Assembly: GCF_036321535.1 (NCBI RefSeq) | Contig: NC_087437.1 | Span: 29,886,001 to 29,950,000 of the forward strand | DNA length: 64,000 bases | Reading direction: 5' to 3' | DNA from: Camelus dromedarius | Lineage: Eukaryota | Shown here: positions 25,571 to 39,520 of the stretch, one piece after another | Position numbering within the stretch: the stretch's first letter is position 1 | Layout of the letters: every line of letters begins with the position of its first letter | Notes under the pieces: generated by a model | Seen by the model: the letters and a program-made list of their open reading frames with translations, nothing else | Database searches by the model: none | Told to the model about the DNA's origin: nothing | Made by a program: the position numbers and the translations under genes

Positions 25571-26084
25571 TGATTTCATCGGAATAGTTTCATAGGCATG
25601 GTGGGCGTGTTGCAGTGAGTTGAAGAACGAATGAGGGGGTGAAATAGTTTAAACAGATTTCACTTTCCATTCAAGAAGCCTGGTGGGGAGAAAGGAAGTG
25701 AGGGTTGTACAGAAAAAGTTGGTCACTGAACTAAGATCAGAGACGGGGGGTTAGTTTGTGCCTCAAATCCAAGGGTGTTTTGTTCTGTTTTGTTTTGTTT
25801 CTCACTAGGCTACAGTTCTCCCTAAAAGTTACCTCACAGATTAGGGAAGAATTAGTTTTTGTCTTGTAATGGAGAGTTTGCCCTTGTAAATTAGCACACA
25901 GAGGAGTAGAGGATTTGGGGGCTACTCCACGAGTGGTAAATGAAGTGTGATTGAGTGGGGTGGTGTGTTGGCTGGTGGATGGGTTTGCTGATTGGTGTCT
26001 GGGGGCCTTACTAGCAAGTAGAAATCTAAGGTATAACAGACAAAATGAAGAACTTTAAGGTGTTAAAAAGTCTTTGTAGCATAG

Positions 26085-26670
26085 AGGACAGTTTGGTGGT
26101 TCCTCAAAAAGTTAAACATAGAATTAATGTAACACCCAGCAATTCCACTTCTGAGACTACTGAAAACTGTTGTTCAAATAAAAACGTGTGCATGAATGTT
26201 CATGGCAGCATTATTCATAATGGACAAAAAAGTGGAAACAACCCAAATGTCCATCAAGAAAATTGGTAAAGTGATAAAATGTGGTCTAGCCATGTGATAG
26301 AATAGTACGCAGCCATAAAAAGAAATACGGTTCTGATACATGCTACATGGAGGAACCTTGAAAATGTTATGCAGAGTGAAGGACATCAGACTCAGAAGGT
26401 CACATGTTGTAGAATTCCACTTGCAAGAACTGTCCAGAACAGGCAAATCCATTGAGTTAGGGAATAGAATAGTGGTTGCCTAGGCCTTGGGGGAAGGCAG
26501 AGTGGACCGTGACTGCTTAATACTTAATATGAGCTTTCTTATTAAGATAAAGAAAATGTGCTGGAATTAGGAAGTGATGATCATTGCACAACACTGTGAA
26601 TGCCCTAAAAGCTGCTGAATTGTATGCATACTTTAAAATGGCTTAATGATTAATCTTATCTCAGTTGAGA
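26085..26670 (+). mobile_element. Older L1 3' end (L1MB-like)
   Basis: cagtttggtggttcctcaaaaagttaaacataga...acaacccaaatgtccatc...L1M 3' UTR. Confidence 0.85.
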
Positions 26671-28603
26671 AGAAACTTGCTTTCCAGCACCTCTTCCTAG
26701 TCTCACTGGCCCATAAAATTAGTTACATTTTATGCTGAGGCTGGTTTTCCAGGATGCTAAGTAACACCAAAAAGAATGGAAAAGTCTTTTCTCCATAGGA
26801 GATTATATCAGTTCCTTTAAGGATGTATTTTTGTTCATGAATTTCTTTACTGGTTTTTGATTTACACCTGGATTCTAGTCTGAGAGCTTCTGAATTATGG
26901 GAATTCACTTAGGAACATTTGGAGCTGTTGTGATTTTTTTCTATTTTGGTCATTTTTATAGTTTCTTCTAAAAAAAAATCTGAATGCTTTTAATCTTTCA
27001 ACCATAAACTCTGAAACAAAAAACATTTGAACATCAGATTTTTGTTTTCAAAAGAAGCATAGACATATTGAAAGCCACTGTCAATTGTAGATATTCATTA
27101 GACATTTATTTTCGCCTAGTGGAGTAGGAGACACCCATAAAAATCAATCTATTTTAGAAACAACAAGAGTTTAGAAAACTTTCTTCCCCTAGCCCATAAA
27201 CTAAGAGCAGTCATAGGGTGGAAGGTACATAATACTGTCGTTGGTCCATCCTGCAGGGGTACATGCAGTAGCGAGACAGCACTGTGTTCCCAGTCACTGC
27301 AGCCCTTCTGCAGGACCTGGCCTGACTCGGATTCTTTGTGGTGAACTCTTGTGTATGCTGCTGTAGTCCTTCTGAGTGATCTGAGCAACCTCTCTGTCTG
27401 ACAGTCGCCTTTTAAGTCTCTGCCATTGTCTGATTTGAGATTTGTGGGCTGCAAACTACATGAACGCCTTTAATAGCCAGTTCTGAAATTTTGAGGTCAG
27501 CCATAATCTTACATCTTCCTTGTTAATCTTCAGAAAAACAGTGTATTAATGGATGAGCAACCTTCTTATAAACATCCTTTGTAAATAAAAAAAAAAAAAT
27601 GAAATCCTTTCCTAGCCTTCTTATTTCCTCTGTAATATCCTCAATTTCCTTTGGCTATTTTTAATCATTCCTCCCTGAAATGGATGGCATTTGGTTCCAC
27701 CGCATTTACTACAGTTATCTTTTGTGTGTCCAAGAACTTTTGCTCATTTTATGGATGTCATTTTTAAGTCAGATTTTTGGCAGTAAGCATTTTTGGTAAC
27801 TGGAAAAAAAAAAAAAGAGCTCTCAAGGGTAAGGATTATTCTGAGGTTTTGAGAGTTTTCCAGTTGGAAACAGTTGACTTTGTAGAAAGAAAAGAGAGTA
27901 TGTAATTCCTTGAATACAGTCTTTTCTATGAGATTCGGATGGGTTATTCTGGAAGAACTTCATTGTCACGGCCAGTGGCACGGTGCTTTCAGGGATGGAC
28001 TTCCGTGGGGGAAACAACCGCATAAGCTTAAGAACAGGTGTTCTCCAGAATACGGTTAAGCAGCTAATCAACGGACAAAATGTACTTTTCCAGGGGTTTT
28101 TTTTTTCCTTTTGAATAAAGTCTTTTTAGTTCATGATGCCGAGGCAGACTGTTTTTTTCTCTTGTTAACTACAGTTACGTGTGTTTTCCTGTATGCTTAG
28201 ATTCTGATTTGTGATATTTAAAATAACTGCAGTTGCTACCAACAGATTTCATGTTGAGGCTTTTCAGTTTTAAGTGACTCCTTATCAGTCTTTTTCAGCT
28301 GAGGGTCGATGGAAGGGAAATAATTTTTGGCTGACCCAGCAATAGTTGCTCATTGAAATTTAGTTGTCATGTAGGCAGGTTGATATTAATAGTTACTTTG
28401 TATTGGAAAACAAATAGTTCTTGCTTATTTTTCTCTTGGAGAAGGTACCATCCTTTTTAGATTAAATCTCACTATCACACACACTATTGCGTGAAACAGC
28501 GACGCACACCATGATGTGAATCATTTGTATGAATGTGTGTTTTATGTTTTACTTCGAATAATCCTAAAAGGGCTTTGGGTACTGAGTGGTTCTCTTTTTG
28601 TAG

Positions 28604-28758
28604 CCTTTTCCTCTAGTCTCCTCTTCCCGGTGGCTGGTAAAGAGGGGTGAGTTGACAGCCTACGTAGAGGACACTGTGCTTTTCTCAAAGAGGACGTCCA
28701 AACAGCAGGTCTACTTCTTTCTCTTTAACGACGTGCTCATCATCACCAAGAAGAAGAG
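28604..28758 (+). CDS. ARHGEF26: ARHGEF26 coding exon, PH domain N-terminal half
   Basis: ttttgtag / gtaagc; 155 nt; PFPLVSSSRWLVKRGELTAYVEDTVLFSKRTSKQQVYFFLFNDVLIITKKK (PH FLFNDVLIIT motif). Confidence 0.96.
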
Positions 28759-29427
28759 GTAAGCCTTTTTGTGGTGTTGCCACTGTCCACCCAGGTTTAA
28801 AGCTCTGTGATTCTAATGCCTGTTGGAGGTGACGATCCTTTAAGAGCTCTGGAGGTTGGGTGTATGGTTTCTGCACATGGAATCATAGTGGTATCTGTGC
28901 TTCATTTTTCTGCAATTTCCTCTGCCGCGAGGACGCCGGTCATCACCGGCATCATCGCTCCAGCCAGCCTGTGCTGAGCCTGCACCGTGGGCAGGCCTCT
29001 CTTCTAAGCATTTTACCTGTTTATGTAGTTGGATTCTCATGGCATCCCTGGGGAGCCAAGCGTCTTTTTACTCTCAGTCAACAGTTTTCTAACTTCTTCT
29101 GCTGCAGAACCTTTGTGTGAAACAGATGGAAGTGGCTCCAGTCAAGAACAAGCTGGTGCGCAGCTCTCGTGCTTCTTGTAGCTTCGTTTAAAGTCCACTG
29201 CTCTTAAAGGTCCAAAAGAGTCCAAAGGAGTCTCCCCGTGACCGGGAGGATGTTAGCAACACGCCTGTACTCCCTTCCGCAGCGAGTAAAATCAGTCACG
29301 TGGTTGGCAGAGTGTTTATTCCTTTAGACTTTGGGTTGTGTAGTCATGTCCAGCTGTAGGGAAACATCCAGGAGGAAGGCTGTTCTAGTCTTTTCTTATG
29401 GCGCTTGTTCTGACTGTCCCCACTCAG

Positions 29428-29470
29428 AACACACACACACACACGCACACACACGCACATACACACACAC
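29428..29470. repeat. Imperfect (CA)n microsatellite
   Basis: acacacac..gcac.. Confidence 0.85.
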
Positions 29471-31481
29471 TCCCCTTAGCTCTGCCTTTCTCTAGGGAAC
29501 ATTCTCTATTAACTGTACTCGGTATACGCAGGATTATAAAATACTTCCCTGCTGTTCCTCCATAAATAGTCCATCTTTCCTAGAATATGAACTTTGAGTG
29601 AAAATATAAATCTGGGGTGTGTTATTGTCACATCAAGGCAATGAGAGTGGGCCGAATTGCCAGCATATAACAGGAGCGGGGGTAGTTAGTTCATGGGGTA
29701 CAGTTTAGACAAGGTACAGAGAATCATGGAAACGGACTTCTATCAAATCTCTGTAAGATAAATACCCAATTTTATTGTGAAATATTTAATTTCTACTTCT
29801 GGGTTGCTGGTATTTTAGCTTGGAAATCAAACTGAATTGAAACAGACGGTGAGCTTTTCCTTCTGCTCCTTTTATCAGACTGTATTATGAATGATTTCAG
29901 CTGCTTGCTGTCGAGGTGAAATGAGAACGTTGTACGGTCTGCCCTGAAAAACTGTACTGTGACGGGGATGAGTTCGTAAAGATGCTGGTGGTTATTCTTC
30001 ACACTTAGGAAAATAGTGTTCCCGTAACTTCAAGAAGAAATAATTTCGCTTACCTGGGGTAGTTTAAATAGTTCAAGCAACTACGTACATTTTATAAATA
30101 AAGATGGAGGGGAATTAGGATTTTTGTATTTTTATGTTTTGTTGGTTTCCTATGAGATAGTATGTTTCTTTGGCTTTCTTCACGATGTTTTGTTTTTCGG
30201 GGAGAGTTATTATATATGACTCTTCGAATGCCAGAACTCTTGACTTTTAACATCTTCCAGCTGTTGAAATAGTCATTCTGTCTCAGTGGACAAAAAGCTT
30301 TAATTAAACTTTTGATTTTTTTGATAAAATAGATATTGATAGTACCAAGCCAGTTTTAAATATAAATGTAGCTTTGATTGTGGTGATGAAAACATTAAGG
30401 GTATTTAAAGCAGTATGGTACGCCTTTTATTCTTGACCTTGCATAAAACACAATAAACGTAGACTTCTGAAAGTTGCAATTAAGGTATATGCTACTCTGC
30501 TTAGCATTGTACTTTGCCCTGTACAGGACATTTTGTCTTGTATTTAATGTTGCACTCCTGGTTACCCCACATTTATTTCCTTAGGTATGTTTGAATTTGT
30601 ATTGTTAATAAAAGAAAGAGATACAGCTTCAGTGAGGAGGGCAACCCAGAGTACCTGACTTTGCTTTTACCAAAACTAGGGTTTTCTTGCCCTTCTTAGT
30701 TAGCTCATCATATTTCTAAGGTGCTCTTGACTCTCAGAATAGCGTTGGAAGTTCAGGCTGTTGATGACGTGAATATGTGGTCAGGGTGACAAGCAGAGCA
30801 AGAGGCTTGATAAACAGGCTTGGGTAAAAATGTACAGAATGCGTAGCCGTATTTACATTGTAGCTTCAAGGAGGCAACTGCAAATGCTTCGCATGCCAGG
30901 GGCAGCCAGAGGGAGCTGCAGCGGCTCTGAGCAAGGCAAGAGTGTAGGCTTGGCTGCGAGGTGCACATAGAAGATAGCTAACTACCTGTGCCAGCTCTGT
31001 GGGACCGATCCAACCTCCTGCTGCCTAATTAGAATTCCAGGGTTCAGTCAGGGAGCTGAGCTGCTGGGGCTCCGGTGGTTTTCAGTTTCAGGGAGGCTCC
31101 CCGGCTCCTGGGAGAGACTGCTGGGGAGGACTGTTTCTCTGCCTCCTCCCCAGATCCAGTCTGGCAGATGGTTTATGCTGAGATGGTTTATGCTGGCAGA
31201 CGGGGTGTGTGGCCGCCGCCTTGGCTGTACAGGGTGTGTGCGTATCTGCGCTGGGACTGGCAGCGTGGCTAGTGACTGTGAGCTGTATTCTGGGTGAGGA
31301 ACTTTCACTCTTGTTTAGAATATCAAAAAGAAGTTCGAAGCAGCTCTCGGCTGCTTTTGAGTCACTGTTTTGATATGGTTCTACCAGGTATCAGAAGGCC
31401 ATGTGATCACCTTGACTACTTTGGATGAGAAAGTGAATTCTTGATGCTTGAGGCTTTGTGGGTTATCTGGATGCTTCTAGA

Positions 31482-31669
31482 GCAGAGTTTTCAACTCCGC
31501 ACTACGGAGGCCTCACGGCTTCTTGTTGTGGGGGTGCCCCGTGCTGTGTAGCATGTTTTAGTAGCAGCCCTGGCCTCTACCTGCTACTTGCTAATAGCAC
31601 CTCCTTCCCAGTTGTGACAACCAAAAGGTCTCCAGACTCTGTCATATGTCCCCCAGTTCAGAACCACTG
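31482..31669 (-). mobile_element. MER20 hAT-Charlie element
   Basis: TIR-like ends cagagttttcaac / gttcagaaccactg; internal cccagttgtgacaaccaaaaggtctccagac. Confidence 0.8.
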
Positions 31670-32099
31670 TACTAGAATGACGGCCAAGCCAACCAGCTTT
31701 GCCTTCGGAGGAATGAAGGTGTGCAAATCTATCAGACCTGACCCAGGAGTAGCAGTAATACTGTAAGTAGAAAAGGAGTCAATTACTGTGTTGTACTCAG
31801 AGGTTAACGAATAATAACTTGTTATAACACCCGGTTTGTGCCTAGTAATAACTTACTTATGATTACTTTTACATCACAGGGCACAGACTACGCCCCGTGT
31901 CCAACCTTATGGATTAAGTACTGTTGTTCCCAGTTTCAAAATGTGAAAACTTAATTGAAGACCTAAATAGGTGCCGACTCCCCACAGACTGACTTTGTAA
32001 GGTGGTTAACCGTCTTGTCCTTCTCACTCGGTGCCTTCTCTCTGGCTTCGGTCTTCCTTCCCAATTTCTTCTGAAGCTGAAAACAGTTTTCCTCCCTTT

Positions 32100-32520
32100 A
32101 ATAGTTTCTACAGCTGCTGGAGCGAAGGACCACAGACTGGGTGGCTTTAAATAATAAGCATTTATTCTCTCACAGTTCTGGAGGCAGGAGTCCAAAGTCA
32201 AGAACCTGGTGGGGCCACAGCCCTCTGAAGGCTCTGGGAGAGAATCTGTCCTTGCCTCTTCCACACGTGGCAGCCCCGTGGCTCCTTGGCTGGTGCAGCG
32301 TAAATCCAATCTCTGCCTCTGTCTTCAGCTGTCCTTCTTCTCTCCCGTGTCTCTGTGTGTCTCAAAATCTCCTTCTCCTTATGAGAACATCACTTACTGG
32401 ATTTAGGGCCCAATGTAATCCAGAATGATCTCATCTTATTTTCCAAATCAGGCCACATGCATAGGGCCCAGGAGTTAGGACCTCAGCATGTTTTCTGGAG
32501 GACACAGTTCAACCCCCTGT
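32100..32520 (-). mobile_element. MaLR LTR (MLT1B/C-like)
   Basis: ctgggtggctttaaa..tttattctctcacagttctggaggcaggagtccaa...ggatttagggccca. Confidence 0.8.
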
Positions 32521-32679
32521 ACTCTCCAGCCCCTCACCACCACCTCACTTAAACATAGAATGAAGAAATGTGCTGTAAGGTCTCAAGCTAGTTCTAGGAC
32601 ACACAGTTTTTTTCTTTTTCTTTGTTTTTTTAACATTGACTGCTGCCATTTTCCATAGATTTCTGAATGTCATCATGGT

Positions 32680-33420
32680 CATGTGACTTGAACATCTCTG
32701 TTTGGAGGTCTCAGAGGTTACCTTCATGTCCAAACCTGTGTCTTCTCCAGGGTCTCTTCCATCCTTAGTGAAAGGCTGTTCCATCCACTCAGTTGCTCCA
32801 CAATAAACCTGAAAGCCCCCTTTGACTGTCCTTTTCCTCACCATGCTGCCCACCCCGCCAGTCCCCGGTCTCTCCTCACACATTACCACTGCCCTTGTAT
32901 CAGCACCTTGAACTCACCTGGAAGACACACCTAACTGGATTCATACCACCAGCCCTCCATCCAGTTTACATTCCACAGCCAGGGTATGTTTTTTTAAAAG
33001 ACAAATCGGCTCATTTTGTCCCCTGCAAACAGCCCTTCCATGGTCCCACCTTGCACTTAGCATAAATGCCTCACTGAACCCTGCTTCTAGCCACGAGGAC
33101 CTGGCACATGCAGCTTTCTCTGCCTGGAATATTCTGTCTATCCCGTAACCCCATTCTACCCCAAAGCTTTTCTTGGAAAAGTCCTTTCATTCTTTAGATC
33201 TTAGATTAACTGTCACATCCACTGGGAGTTCTTATCCATCCCTCCAGAGTGGGTTTATTTCTGCTGCTCTGTGTTCCCATAAAACCCTGCACTTTCTCTG
33301 TCATAATATTTGTGTTACTATGTGTTCATGTCTGTCTCGTTTGACCTTTGCATCCTCAATGCAGAGCCTTCGCCTGGCCCATAATGACCATTTAATAAAT
33401 ATCTGTCAACTGTGAGTCAA
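32680..33420 (+). mobile_element. L2 fragment
   Basis: catccactcagttgctcc...tgcctggaatattct...tttaataaatatctgt L2 3' end. Confidence 0.65.
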
Positions 33421-33924
33421 TCATGTAGGTGGTTATATATAAACAATTTGAGTGAATGCATTACTCAATGGGCAGCCCTCCCCCATTCCACTCCCAAGAT
33501 AAAATTTCTTTGAATTCTCCTTTATTTTTAAAAAGATACGTGATTTTTGTAGTCAGCTCCGTTATATATTCATTTTAAATTAATTTTGGCAAAAAGAAAT
33601 CTGGAGCTTTGTTTATCATATGGCTTCTCACATCTGGAGTTTTACCAATAAACTAAATAGCTGCACATAAATGTCATGTAACCTCCATTTGGAAACCACT
33701 TAAGATTACATTTGCAAAACTGTGCTTTATAGAGGAAGTGTTTTTTGTTTGTTTCTGTTTTGTACTATTGTCAACTAATGTTTTGGGCTGTAAGTAAAAG
33801 TATACTCATACAAAAGGGTTTAAGCAATAAAAATGTTAAATTATTCTGCACACACAGACACACACACACATACACACGAAAAGTGAGTTTGGGAAACTCT
33901 ACATACTCCATTCCCCTTTGGGAG

Positions 33925-34465
33925 ATTTTCTGTTGGGTCACTTTGGAAGGCTTTGGTTACAAATAACAGGATTCCCAAATAGCAGTGGCTCAAGCAATAA
34001 AGACATTTACTTCTCTCTCTAAACATGAAGACCGAGGGTGAGCAGGCTGGGTCCAGTGGTCACCAATAACCCACTCCTTCCCGGTCTTTGGCCACAGTGT
34101 GCCGTTTCCTTCTACCCCTGTGCACAGAGCTTCATGGTTGCACGTGGCTCCTGCAGGTCCAGGCACCAAGATTTCATTCAGGGATGTAGGAGGGAGGCAA
34201 GAGTGGGGAACAGAGGCTGACTAACGGGGCTCTTTCCTCCAGTGGATTTGCTTTTTTATCAGCAGAGGAAAACATTCCCTAGACAGTTTCAGAAGACTTG
34301 TTATATCTCATGCATTGATCTTGGGTCACAAGACTTGTCGTTATGAGAGAGGCTGGGGAAACCAGCTTATGATAAAGGGGACCAGGAGAGCCATAAGCAT
34401 TTTAAGTCAGCCGTGAAGCAGGGAAGGATGGCAGCTGATGAGACAGTGCACAGTTCCAGCCACAA
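33925..34465 (-). mobile_element. Old MaLR LTR (MLT1J/K/L-like)
   Basis: ctttggttacaaataacag..cagtggctcaagcaataaa ... ccagccaca. Confidence 0.5.
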
Positions 34466-34924
34466 CTGGGAAACCTTGTATTCCACAGAACACCAATTGA
34501 CATGAGCAATTTGGGGAACAGGAAGAGCTCTTTAAAAGAACTAACACCTTGCCTTTAAGATAAATGGGGGCAGGGGATTAGATTTAAAAAAGACAACAGT
34601 GATTGGAGATTTAGGACCCACTTCCCTTTGGTTGGCATTGGCCATCCAGCTGTGGTTCGTGCGTGTCTCGACGGTTAATGTCCTTTTGCTCCTGCCCGCC
34701 CAGGTGTGCCCTGCAGCACATTCAGAGCAAGTGGATAGACTGGCCTGGTCTGCATGCTGGGCACAGGGCTGAAAGAAAGCGCAAATCTAGTCTTGTCTTG
34801 TTATCTATACCAGTAAATGTAATCATATCCTGATTTGTTTCTTTCATTCTCCTGGATTCTGCACCCACAAATGATCTAGCCATGAGGTTTTGGGGCATTG
34901 TGTATAGTTAGGTAAGTAGTAATA

Positions 34925-35150
34925 GCAATAATGATGATAAGAAGCTATGCTATCAAGCATTATAGTGTGCCAGTCCCTGTGCTCAGTGTACGTGCAACGT
35001 ATCGTTGAGTTATCACAGCCACCTGGTATTATTTCCATTTTACAGATGAGGACACTGAGGCAGGGAGCGCTGAAGTCTCTTTTTCAAGGTCTCTCTGCAA
35101 AGCTAGGATTCTAATCTGAGTCTTTGACTCCAGAACCTCCTCTCTTAACA
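34925..35150 (-). mobile_element. MIR SINE
   Basis: ccattttacagatgaggacactgaggc core. Confidence 0.8.
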
Positions 35151-37359
35151 ATTTATGTTCATTACCTCTTACTTTCATTTTTCTAGAATATTTTCACCTT
35201 TCCCTCATCGGAAAAATCGCCTGGAAACTTGCACTTTTTTTTGTTTCTTGTGATAAACACCTTTTCCAAAGCAAGTTTTTGTTCTGTGAGTATTTTTATA
35301 CTTCTGCTGTTCGTAGGAGAGAAAGTTAGAAGTGGTACCAAACTGCATTTGTGAGCTGTCCTCTACCTTTTGCTAATCTAGCGTCAAGAGTGTGGGGAAG
35401 AGCGTTTCCTTTTCATAACATTTCCTTCCTGCAGATTTTAAGACAGAAGAGTTCCACTTCCTGATTCCCAGTTCCATAAATGCTGTGTATATTGACATAA
35501 CTCGGACTCTGCGGTACATTCCACATCCTCAGGTTTTAAAGAAAGAATTCTCTGTAATAGAATATTTCCAGATCGTTATCATATGTTCAGAGATTGAAGT
35601 AAGAACTTCCATTTTCCTAAGTAGCTTGAATGCCCAGGAGCATAAAGTGGTGCAGGCTCCCTGGGAAGGGTCATGGCTGGTCTGGCCCCATTTTGAGCTT
35701 TTTCCAGTTTGGCGGCTTTTCCCATTTTAGAGGCCACCTGACATTGCCCCTCTCCCTCTGCCAAATAAACTCCTTCCTCGGGAAATTAACTTTGAGTATC
35801 TTGGATAAAGATATTGACTCTGACTCAAAGCACTTTTATTCCTGGAACATGAAACCTGGTTGTTTCTGACCACTTGGATCGGGTTCTAAAATCAAGATGG
35901 AGAGATGGAGTGGGAGAGAAATGAGAGCCCCTTTCCTCTGCCTCCTCCTCTTTTTCCCTCACCACCCCACCTACCTTTGATCCTCTGATGTCGCGAGTCG
36001 TGAGGGCATGGTTTCCTCAGTCTGCAAGAAGAGTCCGTGTTGCAGTTCTGTGTTGAAATCAGCTGCACTGGTTGAGAAGCACAGTCTCGATGTCTGCGGG
36101 CAGATACAGCTGCGCTCACATCCCAGCCGTGGACCTTGGGCAAGTTGCCGTTAACGTCTTTAGTGTTCTCATCTGTCAAATGGGGATGGCAGTGTCATCT
36201 TCTGGAGTGTCTGTGAGAGTCAGAGGAGGTGGTGCACCCAGAGCTCTTACCACAGTGAGTAGTTCCTGTTGAGGGGCTGATACTGGCTGAATATCATCAA
36301 TATTCCTAGTGTTGTGTGTCTCTCTCTAAAGATTTGGCATAAATCAAGTTATTGCCCTTCTGCTTCTAGGATAGTTTACTGTTTAAAAAAACCAGTTTGA
36401 AACCTTAAGCCACTGCTACACGGCTGAAGGTTTGGTGCACTCTTAAGGCCAGACCTGGATTTATGGCCTGTGAAATACAGCCATATTTAAATAAGTTTAA
36501 CTCCGTGCCTCTCCCTCTCATCAAGAGCCCTTGTGAGATTGCAGGTGAGTGAGGGTTAACCACTGGTCGACTTTCCTTCTTTCGTAAGTTGATGTGAATC
36601 ACGTGTATGTGTTTGCAGTAGTGATTTTCTTGCAACATCCCTTGCATTTTGATTAGGAGACGCTGGAGAACTTTGTGGCTGAAAGAAGTGAATTTGGTAT
36701 ATTTTACCTTCATTCAAAGAAGCCGGTGGAGATAAACCTGGATTGGAGTGTGGGGGTGACTCCTGTAATTTGGAGTCACGAACTTCAGCGGCTGCCTGCT
36801 TTGCTGTGTTCTGGTTACACCAGAGAGAAGGCTCCAGTAATGTGGGACAGCCTCTTGGACCTGCCCAGCCCCTCTTTGTCGAGGACCATGGGTTCAGGAT
36901 GTCCCCTGGCAGCCAGAAGGGCCCAGGCTGGGGAATCTGGAGCTCCATGGTGACAGGAATGAGGGCTTCCTGGGCATGCTGGGGCTTACTGGCCCATCTT
37001 TTCTGGTGCCAGTGAATCACAACAGAGCCTTATCTTACCAACGAATGCAGCCCTCCTCTCTACTATTTGTTATCTTGACAATGAATTAGGAAGCAAGTGG
37101 CGTGTTTGTTAGTCTTCAGAATTATTTTGAGGAGCTGAGCAAGTAAGGCTGTTTGAAATCAGTTTCTGGGTAAGTATCTTGCATTGTTTTGCTGGTCAGA
37201 GCCCCTGCCAAAGTATGAATTTCTTGCCACGAGTATTTAGCTCTAATTAGGCTTGGTTCACTTGCTCATTTGCAAAGCACCTATAATTATTAGGCTTTTA
37301 ACAAAATGTCAGGCAATTTAAAAGCATGATGTTCTGTGGGAAGATTTAAAGTAATAGCT

Positions 37360-37610
37360 GATAACATTTACTGGCTATGATCCAGGCATGACTGTAAGAG
37401 CTTCACCTGCAACAAGATAGTTAATGTATTATCTCATTTCATCCTCACAATAATCCAAAGAGATTGGTACTGCTGTCTCCAATTTACCAGTGAGAAAACT
37501 GAAACACAGAGAGGATCAGTAACTTGCTGAAGATCACAAAGCGAGTGAGTGATGGACTTGAGATTCTTACCAGACATTCTAAATCAAGTCTGTACTCGTA
37601 CCTGTTATAC
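37360..37610 (-). mobile_element. MIR SINE
   Basis: atcctcacaataatcc...gagaaaactgaaacacagagagg..gtaacttgctgaagatcaca. Confidence 0.8.
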
Positions 37611-38919
37611 TGTACTTTGTTACTTTAAAATTAGGTATTATTCTACTAAAATTTTGTTTGTATAATTCTAAAACCAAGCTTTAAAATGGAAGTCAACTTC
37701 AGTCATGTGAAAAAAGTGTTTTGACCTCTTTAAGTCAAAGTAAATTTCAGCATAAGTCAATCCTAGGAACACTTAACTAGAGTCTTCTTATTCCAGCTAA
37801 GCACAAGGTCGAGCATGGGGGTTTAGCAATCGTGTTTTCACAACGGGAAGAGAAACGAGTTGAAATCTGCAGAGGAGAAATTCTTGTATTTGCCTTGAAG
37901 GAAAGAAGGAAGAATCTCTTTGATCTGATAAAGCCTCATGGACTCATGTGAATCCACCCACTGGGAGACTGGCAGAGTCATTATGAACCCCTGAGAGAAA
38001 AGCAAGAGGGTCTAGGAATGACCATAAAAAAGGATGACTTGGAACTATTCCAGAAGGCACTAGAAGAGGAAGATAGAGTTTCAGGATGTCACGGGTGCTC
38101 ACCCACATCAGATTCTGTAGATGCCAAGAAGGGTAGTGGTGACATCAGGTCATTGGATTTGGTAGGGTGTCGGGTTGCCATGACTCTGGGGAGCAGTTTT
38201 GCTGGCATGTGGGCACAAGGGTGTGAGAAAATACAGACAGCTGCTAGCTTGGGAGACAGCTAGCAGCTGTCTTGTCCCAGCAGATTCAGGTAAAGGTTTT
38301 ATTCAGGACAGGGAAGCTGCTGGGTGAGTGTTTTAAACAAAGCCAATGGAAAGGGAGCTACTAAACAGGTAAAAAAAATACCACTCAACAACAGATGCAG
38401 AAAATCACTGTTTTGTTTTGGATAATCCTTGATAGCATCTCTTTTCAGTTTAACTCTTTTACAAAAGGAATATGTGGACGTTCTCCTTGCAGTTGGTCAG
38501 ATTTTGGCTCTAAAAGAAAGTTCCGGAACAATGCCAAGGTGGAAGGTGAGACAGCTCACAGTTAGGGCTGAGAAGCAGGGGGTGTGGAATTGCTGGCTTT
38601 ACAGTCTAGCTGTTCCCCTCGCTTCCCCCATCTCCATCTCTGCTTTCATACCCCTGGTTCCATCGTGGTCAACTAGCCTATTTCTCATTCCTGGTCATCC
38701 TATGTACCTGAGATGTTTGCTCATAAGGGCACAGGTAGGAGCTCTTCCTAAGGTATTTGCATGTGTAGCCCTGGCCACGAGGCAGGTGCTAATGGGTCTG
38801 TGACCCCCAGAAAGACCTGTCCCATCACCACCTCTTCTTCTTGACTCTTATACCCAGAGCTTGGGTCCAAGGAAATGCCCTGGTTTACAGAGTAAGACTA
38901 GGATTCAACTTTAAAAAGA

Positions 38920-39520
38920 TTTTTCAGACGTTTCCCCAGATGTCCCAATATTATTTGCTGACTAACCCATCAGTATCCCACAGCTCTGAAATGTCACCTA
39001 TATCATGTACTACATTCTCATGTGTGTTGGAGGTCAGTGTTCTGTTCCACTAATCCATCTGTCAGCAAATGCCTATCAGTCTCAGTCTTTGAATTACTGT
39101 AGCTTTAAAATACGTTTTTAATGTATCATATGGCTAGTTCACTGTCGTTCTTTTTCACAATCTTTCTGTTCTTACGTGTTTATTTTTCTGCATATTTTAG
39201 AATCAGCTTGACCATTTCCCATTCTAGCTGCTCCCCCAAACCCTGTTTGTATTTTCAGTAAGATTGTGTTAAAATTGTATATTAATTTAGGAAGAATGGT
39301 TATCTCTATAATATCGAACTTTTCTAGCCATTCAGACCTTCTAAAGTATTTGAAGCCTGTCTTCATATAGAAGGAATTTAAATTTAATCCTAAATATTTT
39401 GTACTAAGATGACTTCTTCCACTGTATTTTCTGAGTGTTACTCATTCATGTATAGAGAAGCCTTTTTTTTTTTTTAACCCAACCATTTCAGTGAGTTCAC
39501 TCACACCTTGTAGTATTCTC
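38920..39520 (-). mobile_element. Ancient L1 (L1ME-like) ORF2 fragment
   Basis: Minus-strand translation ILPKLIYNFNTILLKIQTGF resembles L1 ORF2 ILPKLIYRFNAIPIKIP. Confidence 0.7.
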
